Source of the DNA: an uncultured Gammaproteobacteria bacterium
GTDB lineage: Bacteria > Patescibacteriota > Microgenomatia > UBA8517
Direction: 5' to 3'
DNA length: 64,000 nt
NCBI GenBank assembly: GCA_964422865.1
Contig: CAYRCU010000001.1
Coordinates: forward strand, 5,159 to 69,158
Part shown: piece by piece, positions 17,622 through 28,036 of the stretch
Layout: each line of letters begins with the position of its first letter
How positions within the stretch are numbered: position 1 is the first letter of the stretch
The notes under the pieces: generated by a model
What the model was told of the DNA's origin: nothing
Seen by the model: the letters and a program-made list of their open reading frames with translations, nothing else
The model's database searches: none
Made by a program: the position numbers and the translations under genes

Positions 17622-18782
17622 ATGAGTACTCCATTACCTGAAAGATTAAGGCCTAAAAGTCTTTATGATTTTGTGGGGCAGGGACATGTAGTCGGCAGGG
17701 GAAAAATTATAAATAAACTTTTAAGGAGTGCTGAAAAGACCGACTTTTTTCCTTCTGTTGTTTTTTGGGGGCCGCCGGGGTGTGGAAAAACCACTTTGGC
17801 TCGAATAATTTCCACTGAACTTAAACGGGATTTTTTTGAATTTTCGGCAGTGAGCACTTCTACAAAGGATATTCAAAAGGTCCTGGAGGGAGAGTTTTTA
17901 AAACCTCCCGTGGTTTTTATTGACGAAATACATAGGTTTAATAAGGCCCAGCAGGACAAGCTTCTTCCGCATGTTGAGCGAGGAGGGATGATACTGATTG
18001 GTGCAACAACTGAAAACCCCTCTTTTGAGATTATTAGACCCCTTTTGTCGCGAAGCCGAGTTATTGTTTTACATGAACTTACTGAAGAAGACTTAAAAAC
18101 AATAATTCAGAGAGGTTTGAAAGAGCTTGGGGTTGGACTGGAAAAGGATGCTGAAAAGTTTCTTGTGGAGGCCTCGGGAGGAGACGGCAGAGTGATTTTA
18201 AATGTTTTAGAAATCTCTACAAATCTTACCGGAAACAAAACTTTGAAAACTAAAAATATTGAGGAGGCGCTTCAGAGAAGACAGCTTTCGGGTGACAAAC
18301 AGGGAGAAGAGTACTACAACGTGATTTCGGCGTTTATTAAATCTATGCGTGCCTCCGACACGGATGCGGCTTTATACTACTTGGCTCGGATGCTGGAGGC
18401 CGGGCAGGATCCTTTATATATTGCCAGGAGAATGGTGATTTTTGCTTCTGAAGACGTGGGGGTAGCACAACCTACTGCAATGGTTGTGGCAAATGAAGTT
18501 TTTCGCGCTTGTGAGACGATTGGATATCCTGAATGTGCGATTAATCTTGCCCATGGGACGGTTTACCTTGCCAGGGCCAAAAAAAACAGAAGTGCGTATG
18601 ACGCTTATCAAAAAGCAAAGGCTGATGTCCACAAGTACGGCAATCTTCCTGTTCCTAAAAAATTAAGAAACCCGGTTACCAAATTAATGAAGGGCGAGGG
18701 GTATGGAAGGGATTATGAGATGTATGGCAAAAAGAGCTATTTGCCGGAAAAACTGAAGGGGAAGAAATATTTTAGAGAGTAA
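17622..18782 (+). CDS. rarA: Replication-associated recombination protein A (MgsA/RarA)
   Basis: PLPERLRP, GPPGCGKTT, FIDEIHRFNKAQQD, ISAFIKSMRASD, ASEDVG. Confidence 0.96.
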   Translation: MSTPLPERLRPKSLYDFVGQGHVVGRGKIINKLLRSAEKTDFFPSVVFWGPPGCGKTTLARIISTELKRDFFEFSAVSTSTKDIQKVLEGEFLKPPVVFIDEIHRFNKAQQDKLLPHVERGGMILIGATTENPSFEIIRPLLSRSRVIVLHELTEEDLKTIIQRGLKELGVGLEKDAEKFLVEASGGDGRVILNVLEISTNLTGNKTLKTKNIEEALQRRQLSGDKQGEEYYNVISAFIKSMRASDTDAALYYLARMLEAGQDPLYIARRMVIFASEDVGVAQPTAMVVANEVFRACETIGYPECAINLAHGTVYLARAKKNRSAYDAYQKAKADVHKYGNLPVPKKLRNPVTKLMKGEGYGRDYEMYGKKSYLPEKLKGKKYFRE

Positions 18783-20004
18783 TTTTTTCTTTATTTAAGT
18801 ATTTTTGAAGAGCCTCGGGAACATCTATTGTTCCGTCCTTATTTTGATAATTTTCGAGAATTGCAATTAAAGTTCGGCTTACCGCAATTGCTGTTCCGTT
18901 TAATAGATGAGGGTATTCGTTGTGATCTCCTTCGCGGTATTTTATGTTTAGGTTTCTCGCTTGGTAGTCGGTGGTGTTGCTGGCTGAGGTCACTTCACCA
19001 TATTCACCCCTACCCGGCATCCAGGCATCTATATCATATTTTTTGGCGGCAATTGCCCCTAAATCTCCTGTACACATCTCAACTACCCGGTAAGGAATGT
19101 TTAATTTTTGCATTATTTTTTCTTCGATTGTTAGTATTTCCCGATGAAGTGTTGAGGATTTGCCCGGTAATGAATAAATAAACATTTCCAATTTGCTGAA
19201 CTGATGTACTCGATAAAGCCCTTTGCTGTATTTTCCGTATGCCCCCGCTTCTTGTCTAAAGCAGTGGCTTACTGCCGCATAACGAAGAGGCAGGTCCGCC
19301 TTTTTTAAAACTTCATCAGCATGGTATCCGGCCATTGTCACCTCTGCAGTGGCAATTAACCCCAGATCTTGATCTTTAATCTCATAAATCTGCGCTTCAG
19401 CACCTTTTGGCTGATAGCCTGTACCTAAATAATATCTGCTTTTTGCCAGATCCGGTGTAAGAAATAATTTATAACCCTTCTTACTTAAAATCTCCATTCC
19501 AAACTGCATCAATGCAAATTCCAGGAGAACTGCGTCGTTTTTAAGAAAGTAAAATTGACTGCCGCTAACTTTTGCGCCCGCTTCAAAGTCTATAAGATCC
19601 AAGTTTTCGGCTAAGGCAAGATGATCTTTTGGTTTGAAATTAAATTTTTTGGGACTTCCCCACTTTTTTATAATTTTATTTTCGCTTTCATCTTTGCCCA
19701 GTGGAACATGGTCTGCGGGGAGGTTGGGAAGTTGAAGCAGTAATTTTTTGTATTTTGCTTCTGCGTTTTTTAATTCCGGCTCTATTTTTTTTAACCGAGC
19801 TTTGACTTTTCTGCCTTCTTTGATATTTTTTTCTTTTGCGAATTTATTTTTTTCTGCGCGAAGATTTTCATATTCCTGGATGAGATTGCTAAATTTGCCA
19901 TAGAGGTCGAGAACTTTGTCTACAAGAGCCGGATCAGACTGCTTTGCTTTTACTCCCTTTTTAACTAAGTCCGGATTTTCTTTTATGAATTTTATATCAA
20001 GCAT
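18772..20004 (-). CDS. serS: Serine--tRNA ligase
   Basis: MLDIKFIKEN, LIATAE, FRQEAG, GLYRVHQFSKLE, LNGTAIAVSR. Confidence 0.98.
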   Translation of the reverse strand: MLDIKFIKENPDLVKKGVKAKQSDPALVDKVLDLYGKFSNLIQEYENLRAEKNKFAKEKNIKEGRKVKARLKKIEPELKNAEAKYKKLLLQLPNLPADHVPLGKDESENKIIKKWGSPKKFNFKPKDHLALAENLDLIDFEAGAKVSGSQFYFLKNDAVLLEFALMQFGMEILSKKGYKLFLTPDLAKSRYYLGTGYQPKGAEAQIYEIKDQDLGLIATAEVTMAGYHADEVLKKADLPLRYAAVSHCFRQEAGAYGKYSKGLYRVHQFSKLEMFIYSLPGKSSTLHREILTIEEKIMQKLNIPYRVVEMCTGDLGAIAAKKYDIDAWMPGRGEYGEVTSASNTTDYQARNLNIKYREGDHNEYPHLLNGTAIAVSRTLIAILENYQNKDGTIDVPEALQKYLNKEKITL

Positions 20005-20022
20005 AGTTTATTATTTTTTACA

Positions 20023-20583
20023 TTATAACCCCAGTTCCTTGTGGATTTTTTGCATTGCTTCCAGGGCGATTTGAACAAATTTTTCCAGTTTTATCCCAAG
20101 CTCTTTGTCGCACAGTTCAATCTGGCTTCTGTTTGCCCCGGCGGCGAATGATTTTTGATTCCATTTTTTCATTATGGAATTAACCTTTACACTTGAGAGA
20201 TTTTTACCTTTGACCAAAGCCACGGCAACAATAAGGCCTGTGAGCTCGTCGCATGTATAAAGCGACCACTCCATTTTGTTTTTGGGTTTTGGACTGTCTT
20301 CAACATATTTCCAGCCATGAGCAAGGATTGCATCTTTAACTTCTTCGGGGACACTATATTTCTCTAGCCATTTTAAAGTCATTTTTGTGTGAAGTTTTGA
20401 GTTGTCTTTTGCTTCTTCGTAATCTGCATCGTGCAGGAGTCCTGCAAGACCCCAAGATTCTTCATTCTCATCAAAATGCCTTGCCAGAGCTCTCATAACG
20501 GCTTCAACCGCAAGCATATGGCGAACCAAGTTTTGATTGTTGGTATGACTTTTAACTAATGTTAGTGCTTCTTCTCTCGTCAT
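20023..20583 (-). CDS. HDIG-domain metal-dependent phosphohydrolase
   Basis: RHMLAVE, GLLHDADYE, AILAH, CDELTG, FAAGANR. Confidence 0.88.
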   Translation of the reverse strand: MTREEALTLVKSHTNNQNLVRHMLAVEAVMRALARHFDENEESWGLAGLLHDADYEEAKDNSKLHTKMTLKWLEKYSVPEEVKDAILAHGWKYVEDSPKPKNKMEWSLYTCDELTGLIVAVALVKGKNLSSVKVNSIMKKWNQKSFAAGANRSQIELCDKELGIKLEKFVQIALEAMQKIHKELGL

Positions 20584-22103
20584 TTTTTTGCTTTTTTCTT
20601 TTTTGTCTTCGGGCGGAGAGTTGGAAAGGCTATTATCTCTTTAATTGTCTTTGCGTTTGTCATTATCATGGCCAAGCGATCGATCCCGATACCCAGTCCA
20701 CAAGTAGGAGGAAAACCATGTTCGATGGCTTCCAAATAATCGATGTCTGTTTGGTGGGCTTCTTTGAAACCGGCTTCTTCCCTTTTTTCTTCTTCGATGA
20801 ACCTGTCATTAAGATCGACGGGGTCATTTAGCTCTGTGTAATTGTTCCCAATTTCCATTCCTGAGACAAAAACCTCAAATCTTTGTGTGAAGCGAGGATC
20901 TTTACATTTTTTGGCAAGAGGGGAGACCTCAATAGGATAATCATAAATGATTGTGGGCTGAATTAGTTTTTCTTCTACAATTTCTTCGAAAACAAAAGCC
21001 ATAATTTCTCCTATTTTTTGCATGCGCTCCAGCTCTTCATTTTTTTTGGCATCTTTTATTGTTTTGGACGCTTGTTTTTTGGCTTCTTCCAGTGTTTTCC
21101 AACTGAGAGGGTTGATGCCCGCAAATTTTTTAACTGCTTCGGTCAACTTAAATCTTTGCCAGGGACGTTTGAAATCAATTTCCCGATCCATAAATTGTAC
21201 TTTTGTGGATCCTGAAACGCTGACTGCTACCCGTTCGATAATCTTTTCAAAAAGATCCATACCATATGTATAGTCTTCGAAAGCTATTTGTGCTTCAAAC
21301 ATTGTAAACTCGGGATTGTGATCACGGTCTATACCTTCGTTTCTGAAAACTTTGGTTATTTCGTAAACTTTTTCGAAGCCTCCAACAATCAATCGCTTTA
21401 AATACATTTCGTCCGATATCCTTAGATAGAAGTCGGCATCCAGAGCGTTGTGGTGGGTAACAAACGGCCGAGCGAATCCTCCGCCGTATATAGGCTGCAG
21501 GGTTGGTGTTTCCACTTCCAGAAAGCCCTCTCCGTTTAAAAATTCTCTTATGGTGGAGATCACAAGACTTCTTTCAATCAACCTCTTTTTGACATCACTG
21601 TTGAGGATGATGTCTAAATATCTTTTTCTGTAACGCTCTTCTATGTCCTTTAAGCCATGCCAGGTGGAAGGCAGGGGACGGATGGATTTTACAAGAATTT
21701 TGATCTCTGAAGGCATTAGAGAAACTTCACCACTGGTTGTTTTCGTCACTTCACCCGTGGCTTGGACAAAGTCTCCCACATCAAGAAGTGTAAGATCACT
21801 AAAGCCAAGAGTTTGCTTTTTAGAGTTTGTATCTTTTAAAGCATCTTTTTTAATAAAAAGCTGAATTGATCCTGATTCATCTTGAATATTAGAGAAAACT
21901 ATTTTTCCGTGTTCTCTCCAGGACATTAAGCGGCCGGTAAGCGTAATCCTTTTTCCTTCAAACTTTTTGTAATTTTCTAATATTTGCTTATTTGAGTGGT
22001 CTTTTTTTGATTTTGAAGGGAAGGGGTCAATTCCAAGTTTGCGGAGTTTTTCTAATTTTTCCAGGCGGATCTTTCTTATCTCTTCGAGTCTTTTTTGAGC
22101 CAT
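20580..22103 (-). CDS. lysS: Lysine--tRNA ligase (class II)
   Basis: RYRKRYLD, EVETPTL, FRNEGID, HNPEFT, PPTCGLGIGIDRL. Confidence 0.98.
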   Translation of the reverse strand: MAQKRLEEIRKIRLEKLEKLRKLGIDPFPSKSKKDHSNKQILENYKKFEGKRITLTGRLMSWREHGKIVFSNIQDESGSIQLFIKKDALKDTNSKKQTLGFSDLTLLDVGDFVQATGEVTKTTSGEVSLMPSEIKILVKSIRPLPSTWHGLKDIEERYRKRYLDIILNSDVKKRLIERSLVISTIREFLNGEGFLEVETPTLQPIYGGGFARPFVTHHNALDADFYLRISDEMYLKRLIVGGFEKVYEITKVFRNEGIDRDHNPEFTMFEAQIAFEDYTYGMDLFEKIIERVAVSVSGSTKVQFMDREIDFKRPWQRFKLTEAVKKFAGINPLSWKTLEEAKKQASKTIKDAKKNEELERMQKIGEIMAFVFEEIVEEKLIQPTIIYDYPIEVSPLAKKCKDPRFTQRFEVFVSGMEIGNNYTELNDPVDLNDRFIEEEKREEAGFKEAHQTDIDYLEAIEHGFPPTCGLGIGIDRLAMIMTNAKTIKEIIAFPTLRPKTKKKKAKK

Positions 22104-22131
22104 TTACCAGATAGTATAACGGACTTACGGT

Positions 22132-22593
22132 TTAGTTTACAGATTTAATCCTGTAAACAATCTTACCTGCCGGTGCTTCAACTTCCACTTCTTCTCCAAC
22201 CTTTTTACCTATCAGGGCTTTTCCTAAGGGAGATTCGTGAGAGATCTTCTTTTGCACCGGATCTGCTTCCCACTCACCTACTATTTCAAAGACATTAACA
22301 TCATTATTTATGACCACTGTAACTTTTGTTCCTATTTGCACTGTTCCATTGGAAGCACTGTCTGTACTGACAACTTCGGCATGATCGAGAACAGCTTTAA
22401 GCTCATCAATTCGACCGTCGAGAAATTCAAGTTCTTCTTTAGCGTTTATGTAATCGCTGTTTTCTTTCAGGTCTCCTTCGTTTCTTGCGTGCTCCAGGCG
22501 ATCAACGAGTTTTGGTCTTTTTGTATTAACCAGCTCATCATACTCCTTTTTAAGGATATCAAAGCCTTTTTTTGTTATTTGTATTTTTTTCAT
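22132..22593 (-). CDS. greA: Transcription elongation factor GreA
   Basis: ARNEGDLKENSDY, ISHESPLGKAL, VEAPAG; start set at MKKIQIT. Confidence 0.96.
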   Translation of the reverse strand: MKKIQITKKGFDILKKEYDELVNTKRPKLVDRLEHARNEGDLKENSDYINAKEELEFLDGRIDELKAVLDHAEVVSTDSASNGTVQIGTKVTVVINNDVNVFEIVGEWEADPVQKKISHESPLGKALIGKKVGEEVEVEAPAGKIVYRIKSVN

Positions 22594-22599
22594 ATTTGT

Positions 22600-22778
22600 C
22601 ATTTTCTCAAAATAAACCTCCATTTGCTTGCTCACCGGAAGAAGATGTTTCCTCCGTGCGAGTTAGATCTTCTTGATGAAACAAGTCTTAGAAAGTGGGG
22701 AATTGGGAAATGCAGTTAACATAGAGGTAATTCTCAAGCGATAGCAGGAATTTTATACTCTCAAGAGTGCTTTGTCAA
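22600..22778 (-). promoter_or_regulatory. greA sigma70-type promoter and long 5' leader
   Basis: TTGACA-N17-TAAAAT on the minus strand about 160 nt upstream of the start; hairpin in the leader. Confidence 0.6.
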
Positions 22779-22878
22779 GATTTTGTGACATGATCTTTGA
22801 GCTTTCGGAGCAAAATGAGCTTAACTAAAAATATTGTGTTTGTTTAAGTCTGCCGGCAAAGAATTGAGTCTCAATGGT

Positions 22879-23262
22879 TCATTCGGCCATAAAATAACCA
22901 AAGAGGGGGAAGCGAAGTGTTGTCCATAAGTCTGATTCCTCTTCTTCTTTTATCTTTATGACCTTCTCAGCTAAAACCCAGGCTCTTTTTCCCAGACCTG
23001 CTCTCCTATAGCCAGTCAATGAAAGATGATCCATTGAGCCTGAAATTTCATAGTATAGAGTTATTTGAAACTCCTTTTCCAATCTGGTTAGCACTCGAGT
23101 TTGATCTCGACCCAAATCCTCCACCCCAAACAATCGCAATTTAGTCCACGCAAAAACAAGACGACGGGCACCGGCAGTGACAATTGATTGCTCTTCTTCA
23201 GATAAGGAGCTTCCACTGCCTTTATCAAAATACTCATTCAGTAGATTCTGGAGTGTTGCCAA
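22879..23262 (-). CDS. Hypothetical protein
   Basis: 127-aa ORF with protein-like composition. Confidence 0.55.
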   Translation of the reverse strand: MATLQNLLNEYFDKGSGSSLSEEEQSIVTAGARRLVFAWTKLRLFGVEDLGRDQTRVLTRLEKEFQITLYYEISGSMDHLSLTGYRRAGLGKRAWVLAEKVIKIKEEEESDLWTTLRFPLFGYFMAE

Positions 23263-23300
23263 GTTTTCCTCTTGACCACTTATGCTATGATGACTTAGTT

Positions 23301-23546
23301 ATGGTTAGGTTCCTCGTAAAGTCCGACTTGGTTGCTACTCTGAAAGAAAAGGTGGCCACATCTAAGGACGATAGTCGAGTTGAAGGCCAATATGGGTTGA
23401 GAAGGCGCATCATCACCGTTGTTGTGTTTGCGATAGCAGTGATGATTTCATTTAGATTTGGACGAATTTACCAGGGATTGAAATTCAATACAAAAGCTTT
23501 CGAAAAGTTGGAAGGAGAATGTCTGCGCCAGTTATTTAGTCCCTAG
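23301..23546 (+). CDS. Small hypothetical single-TM protein
   Basis: MVRFLVKSD...RRRIITVVVFAIAVMISF; TATGAT just upstream. Confidence 0.45.
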   Translation: MVRFLVKSDLVATLKEKVATSKDDSRVEGQYGLRRRIITVVVFAIAVMISFRFGRIYQGLKFNTKAFEKLEGECLRQLFSP

Positions 23547-23771
23547 GGCTAAGGAATATTCAACCGCAAGAGGTTTGTTTCGGTCTCTGGATTGTCAGTG
23601 CCATAGAATTCTGATTCTCTGTCTGGTCCGGGGCTGAGAAGAGGCGTGCAGTGCGTGGTATACATAACCTGGATGTACACATCTCCTCTGATGACAGACA
23701 CAATGAGCAAGAAAGGGCCGAGGGGTCGTCCTCCTGGTGGAAACCATCCACCCTTCTTTGTTTTATCTCTG

Positions 23772-24728
23772 ATGAACAGGATTGACAAATTGTTTCTAAA
23801 ATATTACGAAAAATGCGATCGGGATTGTGTTGAAAATATAAGAAATGAAATCTTTGACAGACGAAATAATTTATCGAAGAGGAAAATACTTTACAGGAAG
23901 TATTCTTCTGTTATAGACAGGCTCCAAAAAATATTTCAGAAAATTGTTGTTGAAAGAAACAATATTGCTCAAGAAGAAGGTTTTCCTGACTATTTCTGTT
24001 ACATGAACAACTGGACCGGTTTATCTTCTAGAAATTTTATTGTTTTTGAAAAATCTTATCTGAAAATATCAAAGAAGATATCCAGTTTTTTTCTTGCCGC
24101 TCAACCGCCCGATTGGCACAAGACTATTTTTAACAATCTGGATCTTTCTGCCTTTTTTTACGACAAGAGTGTTGACATACCGAAAGATGTATTTTTGGCC
24201 TTTCGCGAATATGGTTTGAGCAAAAACCATACCAATCGAATACTATTGCTAAAGAGGGATTATCGGTATTACAAGACGGAATATGACAGAAAGTCAAAGT
24301 TGGTGCGAATTTATTATGACAAAGATGGAGGTATTGACTCTGCTGTTTTGTTTGCTCACGAACTTGGCCACGCAATAACTTATCTTAATCTGATTGATCG
24401 CAATAAAGACCCCGATGAGAAAAAATGGATTTGGCACGAATTAAGGGCCATAAAAGCAGAGTTAAACTATGAAAAATCCTTACCTGAATTGGCTCAAAAA
24501 GCGGTTCGCGATCGTGTTCTTTATCATTTTGTAAAAACTTTATTTGAAAAATCCATATACACAAATTCCGACCAAGATTTTTCTGAAATTTATGCCTGGG
24601 CACACAACCAAGTTTATCCGGGGAAGCAAGTGTCCAATCCGTTTTATGTTTTGGATACTTCTTACATCGAGGATCCTTGTTACTCTTCTCTTTATAGTGT
24701 GATTTATTCGAAGTTGTTGACGGCTTGA
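23772..24728 (+). CDS. Putative zinc metallopeptidase, compact M3/M32-like
   Basis: RNNIAQEEGFPDY, FAHELGHA (HExxH), downstream WHE third-ligand candidate. Confidence 0.6.
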   Translation: MNRIDKLFLKYYEKCDRDCVENIRNEIFDRRNNLSKRKILYRKYSSVIDRLQKIFQKIVVERNNIAQEEGFPDYFCYMNNWTGLSSRNFIVFEKSYLKISKKISSFFLAAQPPDWHKTIFNNLDLSAFFYDKSVDIPKDVFLAFREYGLSKNHTNRILLLKRDYRYYKTEYDRKSKLVRIYYDKDGGIDSAVLFAHELGHAITYLNLIDRNKDPDEKKWIWHELRAIKAELNYEKSLPELAQKAVRDRVLYHFVKTLFEKSIYTNSDQDFSEIYAWAHNQVYPGKQVSNPFYVLDTSYIEDPCYSSLYSVIYSKLLTA

Positions 24729-24850
24729 AGTGCTGCTTTAATATCTACACTTTCGACACCCGGCCGAAGCTCTCTTGCATTTTCCAATACGATTTCTTTT
24801 ACTTTGTTTACCTTGCTGTTGCCATGATCTAAATTTTTTCCTTCGGCCAT
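24704..24850 (-). CDS. Small hypothetical protein (48 aa)
   Basis: Manual translation: MAEGKNLDHGNSKVNKVKEIVLENARELRPGVESVDIKAALQAVNNFE. Confidence 0.35.
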   Translation of the reverse strand: MAEGKNLDHGNSKVNKVKEIVLENARELRPGVESVDIKAALQAVNNFE

Positions 24851-25023
24851 GATTACGGCCGCCCTGCGGATTTTGTTCCGCCTTAGCGGAGTAATCCCAC
24901 GAATTTGGAATTGGAATTAAATATTGTCTGGATTCGGACCCCAAGCTCAGATTTTGAGTTTAGTACTTGTTATAGCGCCTTTGTTGTCAAAGACCTATAT
25001 TTTTAGTAGAATGCAAGTTAATT

Positions 25024-25752
25024 ATGCCTGGGGTGGAATCTGAGCTGGGACCGTTGTGGGAGGGTGATCCTAAGTCAAGTGGGTTTCGTGTTTCAATTCC
25101 TGATCCTGTCGAAATGTTTTCTTGGGTAGAGCAAACGGCTTCTGAGTACGCTGGCTTCACTCGAAGGGATATTCGTAGGAGAGCCAATAAACAAGTTGAA
25201 AAATTCATTACGAGACAATCTCAACGATTTTTCCCCAATGCAAGAGAATGGAAAATTGGCATAGGTGATGAGCTTTTTTCGTCAATACGAGTGAAATTAA
25301 TGGCAGGATATAGTTCAGAGAGTGGTAAATGGGGAGATATGGTAATTTATGCGGAACCATCATCACAATCAGTTGCCTGGCAGATACCTGCCAGAGTGCC
25401 TCAAATTGCAGGAAATCTACACAGTCAAGGGATTGGTGCTTCGGTTAAGCTGAACGAGGATGGTTCGCACGCTATTATTATTCCTGAAAAGTCAGGGTCG
25501 GTCGTTATAGCCGACCTTGGGTTTGTTTCATTTGAAGAAGCGAAGCAAGCTGATTCTGATTATGACTCTAATTATATTGATAGTATTATCATCCGACTTG
25601 AAAATTTACCTATTTCGATGATCGATTTTCTGAAGAGTATTCAACATTTGCAAATTGTTACTTCCCATCTTGTTGATTCAATATATCGTGCGCTTAATAT
25701 GGAACCTCCAAATATGGTCTTTGAGCTTTCAGAACAAAGTGAGCTTCGTTGA
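25024..25752 (+). CDS. Hypothetical protein
   Basis: 242-aa ORF, no recognised motif. Confidence 0.65.
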   Translation: MPGVESELGPLWEGDPKSSGFRVSIPDPVEMFSWVEQTASEYAGFTRRDIRRRANKQVEKFITRQSQRFFPNAREWKIGIGDELFSSIRVKLMAGYSSESGKWGDMVIYAEPSSQSVAWQIPARVPQIAGNLHSQGIGASVKLNEDGSHAIIIPEKSGSVVIADLGFVSFEEAKQADSDYDSNYIDSIIIRLENLPISMIDFLKSIQHLQIVTSHLVDSIYRALNMEPPNMVFELSEQSELR

Positions 25753-26271
25753 GATGAACTCCGAAACTAGTTGTTTTAACTGAGAAATGTTTTCGTAATT
25801 GTGTGTTTCTCCTGGAATCTCTTTTATCTGATAATTTTTTGCCTTCGATTTTTCTAATGGCTTTACCAGTTTTTGGTAGGACATAAATGGGTCTTTTGTT
25901 TGCTGGATAAAAAGGGTTGGAACTGAGTAGTTTCGTAGCCACTTGTCAGCTTGGATATTTATTGCATGATCCCAAGACATAGGGGTTCCCACAAAAATAC
26001 ACTTTAGAGGTGAGATTTTACCTTCAAAAATTCCTCTTAGAGCAAGAAGGGCTCCTGCGGATTTTGCAAATATTGTGTATTTACCAAAAGAATTTGCTTC
26101 TTTTGTGAGTATTTTAAGTTCTTCTTCTAGATTGATTAAATTTTTGTTTGTTTGCCAATGTTTATAGTATTGGATATATGTTGAGTCAAAAAGGTCTTCT
26201 AGATTTTTCTCGATTTTTTCAATCCGGTCTCTGTTGGTGATGTGATTGCCGGGGAGGAGTATCAGGTTCAT
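25729..26271 (-). CDS. Alpha/beta hydrolase
   Basis: LILLPGN, AKSAG nucleophile elbow, DP and H (ETHNY) triad candidates. Confidence 0.75.
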   Translation of the reverse strand: MNLILLPGNHITNRDRIEKIEKNLEDLFDSTYIQYYKHWQTNKNLINLEEELKILTKEANSFGKYTIFAKSAGALLALRGIFEGKISPLKCIFVGTPMSWDHAINIQADKWLRNYSVPTLFIQQTKDPFMSYQKLVKPLEKSKAKNYQIKEIPGETHNYENISQLKQLVSEFISTKLTLF

Positions 26272-26629
26272 AGGAGGAATGCTTTACTCATTCACCACGC
26301 CTTGGCGGGGTGTGACCCACCGTTATTTTAATTCGAACGAAAGTGAGAATCAAGCTCCGTTTATTTCGAACGGGGAAATAATGCAATTTTTGGTTGCAAC
26401 TAAGCAATTGAATCAGATTTCTTCTCTCGAAATGAGTAATTTTGTTTCTGCTAACTAAGTACATACCTATAAAGAGAAAGAGCCTGAAGATTTTATAAGT
26501 AAAGATTGTGAGTAGCAGAGATGAGCGGGTGCTCAAATTGCAGGTGAATGCACTTCTTGGTCGACTCATGCAGTGAATAATTTTATTAAAAATCGAAAAA
26601 ATGTTAGAATACGTCACCGCTGTTCCTAA

Positions 26630-28036
26630 ATGCTATATTTATACAACACAGCAAGCAGAAAGAAGGAAAAACTTGTTCCTCTGATCAAAAACACAGTAAA
26701 GATTTATAGCTGCGGACCAACATTATATAACTACGCTCACATAGGAAATCTTTCAACATATCTTTTCGTAGATCTTCTTAAAAAATACTTGGAGTATTCA
26801 AGCTATGAAGTTTACGATGTGATGAATTTTACTGATGTTGATGATAAAACAATAAAATCTTCTAAAGGTAATAAAACTTTATTGAATGAAATCACCAAAA
26901 AATATGGCGATTCTGTATTGAGTGATTTTGACAAATTAAATATTCGTGAACCTAAAGTACTATGTAAAGCCACGGATCATATAAAGGAGATGATAAAAAT
27001 TGTTCAAATATTACTAGATATGGGTATTGCGTATGTTGCCGAAGATAAAAGTGTATATTTCAGAATTGCAAAATTTGATTCCTATGGAGAATTTGCAAAG
27101 ATAAAGAAAAAGGATTTACTCGCGGGAGCGAGTGGCAGAGTTGCTGCTGACGAATACGAAAAAGAGGACCTTTCCGACTTTGTTCTTTGGAAAGCTTGGA
27201 ATAAAGATGATGGAGAAATATACTGGGAATCTCCTTTTGGTCGTGGAAGGCCGGGGTGGCATATAGAATGTTCTGCCATGAGCATGAAATATCTAGGTCC
27301 AAGCTTTGATATTCACACCGGTGCAGTTGACCTGATTTTCCCACATCATCAGAATGAGATAGCTCAGAGCGAAGCAGCAACAGGGAAAAAATTCGTGAAG
27401 ATATGGTTACATAGGCAGTTTCTTCAGGTGAATAAAACGAAGATGTCAAAAAAACTGCATAATATATATACCCTCCAACAATTACTGAATAAAATTCCAA
27501 GCCCATTAGCATTCAGATATTTGGTACTGGCTAGTCATTACAGGAGTCCACTAAACTTCACTTTTAAATCACTTAGACAATCAAACAATGCAATTGACAA
27601 ATTAGGTAATTTTATTGAGAGGATATTTGAACAAGAGGATAAGCAAAAAGATACAAGACAGAATTTAAGTAGATTAAAAAAAGAGTGTACTTCTGCCAGA
27701 AAAAGTTTTGTCCGTTACATGGACGACGATTTAGACACACCACGAGCTTTGGCTAGTTTATATGTTTTTACAAAGAGGATAAATAGCTATATGGATGATG
27801 ATGTGGTTGGCCCCCAAGGTGCGAAGTTGGTTGTCCGTTTTCTAAAAGAAATTGATACGGTTTGGGGATTTATATTTCAAAACAATGATTCACTAGAGGA
27901 TAGTAAACTAAAAACCAAAGTTAAGAACTTGGTAAGTAAAAGAAACGAGTATCGCAGATTGGGAAAGTGGGAGAAAGCGGATGTAATAAGAAAAAAACTA
28001 TTAGCTATGGGAGTAACTGTTAAGGATACACAATAG
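26630..28036 (+). CDS. cysS: Cysteine--tRNA ligase
   Basis: YSCGPT, HIGN, DFVLWK, GRPGWHIECSAM, FPHHQNE, KMSK. Confidence 0.97.
   Translation: MLYLYNTASRKKEKLVPLIKNTVKIYSCGPTLYNYAHIGNLSTYLFVDLLKKYLEYSSYEVYDVMNFTDVDDKTIKSSKGNKTLLNEITKKYGDSVLSDFDKLNIREPKVLCKATDHIKEMIKIVQILLDMGIAYVAEDKSVYFRIAKFDSYGEFAKIKKKDLLAGASGRVAADEYEKEDLSDFVLWKAWNKDDGEIYWESPFGRGRPGWHIECSAMSMKYLGPSFDIHTGAVDLIFPHHQNEIAQSEAATGKKFVKIWLHRQFLQVNKTKMSKKLHNIYTLQQLLNKIPSPLAFRYLVLASHYRSPLNFTFKSLRQSNNAIDKLGNFIERIFEQEDKQKDTRQNLSRLKKECTSARKSFVRYMDDDLDTPRALASLYVFTKRINSYMDDDVVGPQGAKLVVRFLKEIDTVWGFIFQNNDSLEDSKLKTKVKNLVSKRNEYRRLGKWEKADVIRKKLLAMGVTVKDTQ

Noticed and set aside
24738-24944. Basic Cys-containing ORF resembling a ribosomal protein
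   Set aside because: No match to the L33/L32/L36 patterns; an alternative 48-aa frame looks more plausible
26280-26629. Possible T-box leader before cysS
   Set aside because: No T-box consensus or terminator seen; looks like decayed coding sequence plus a promoter
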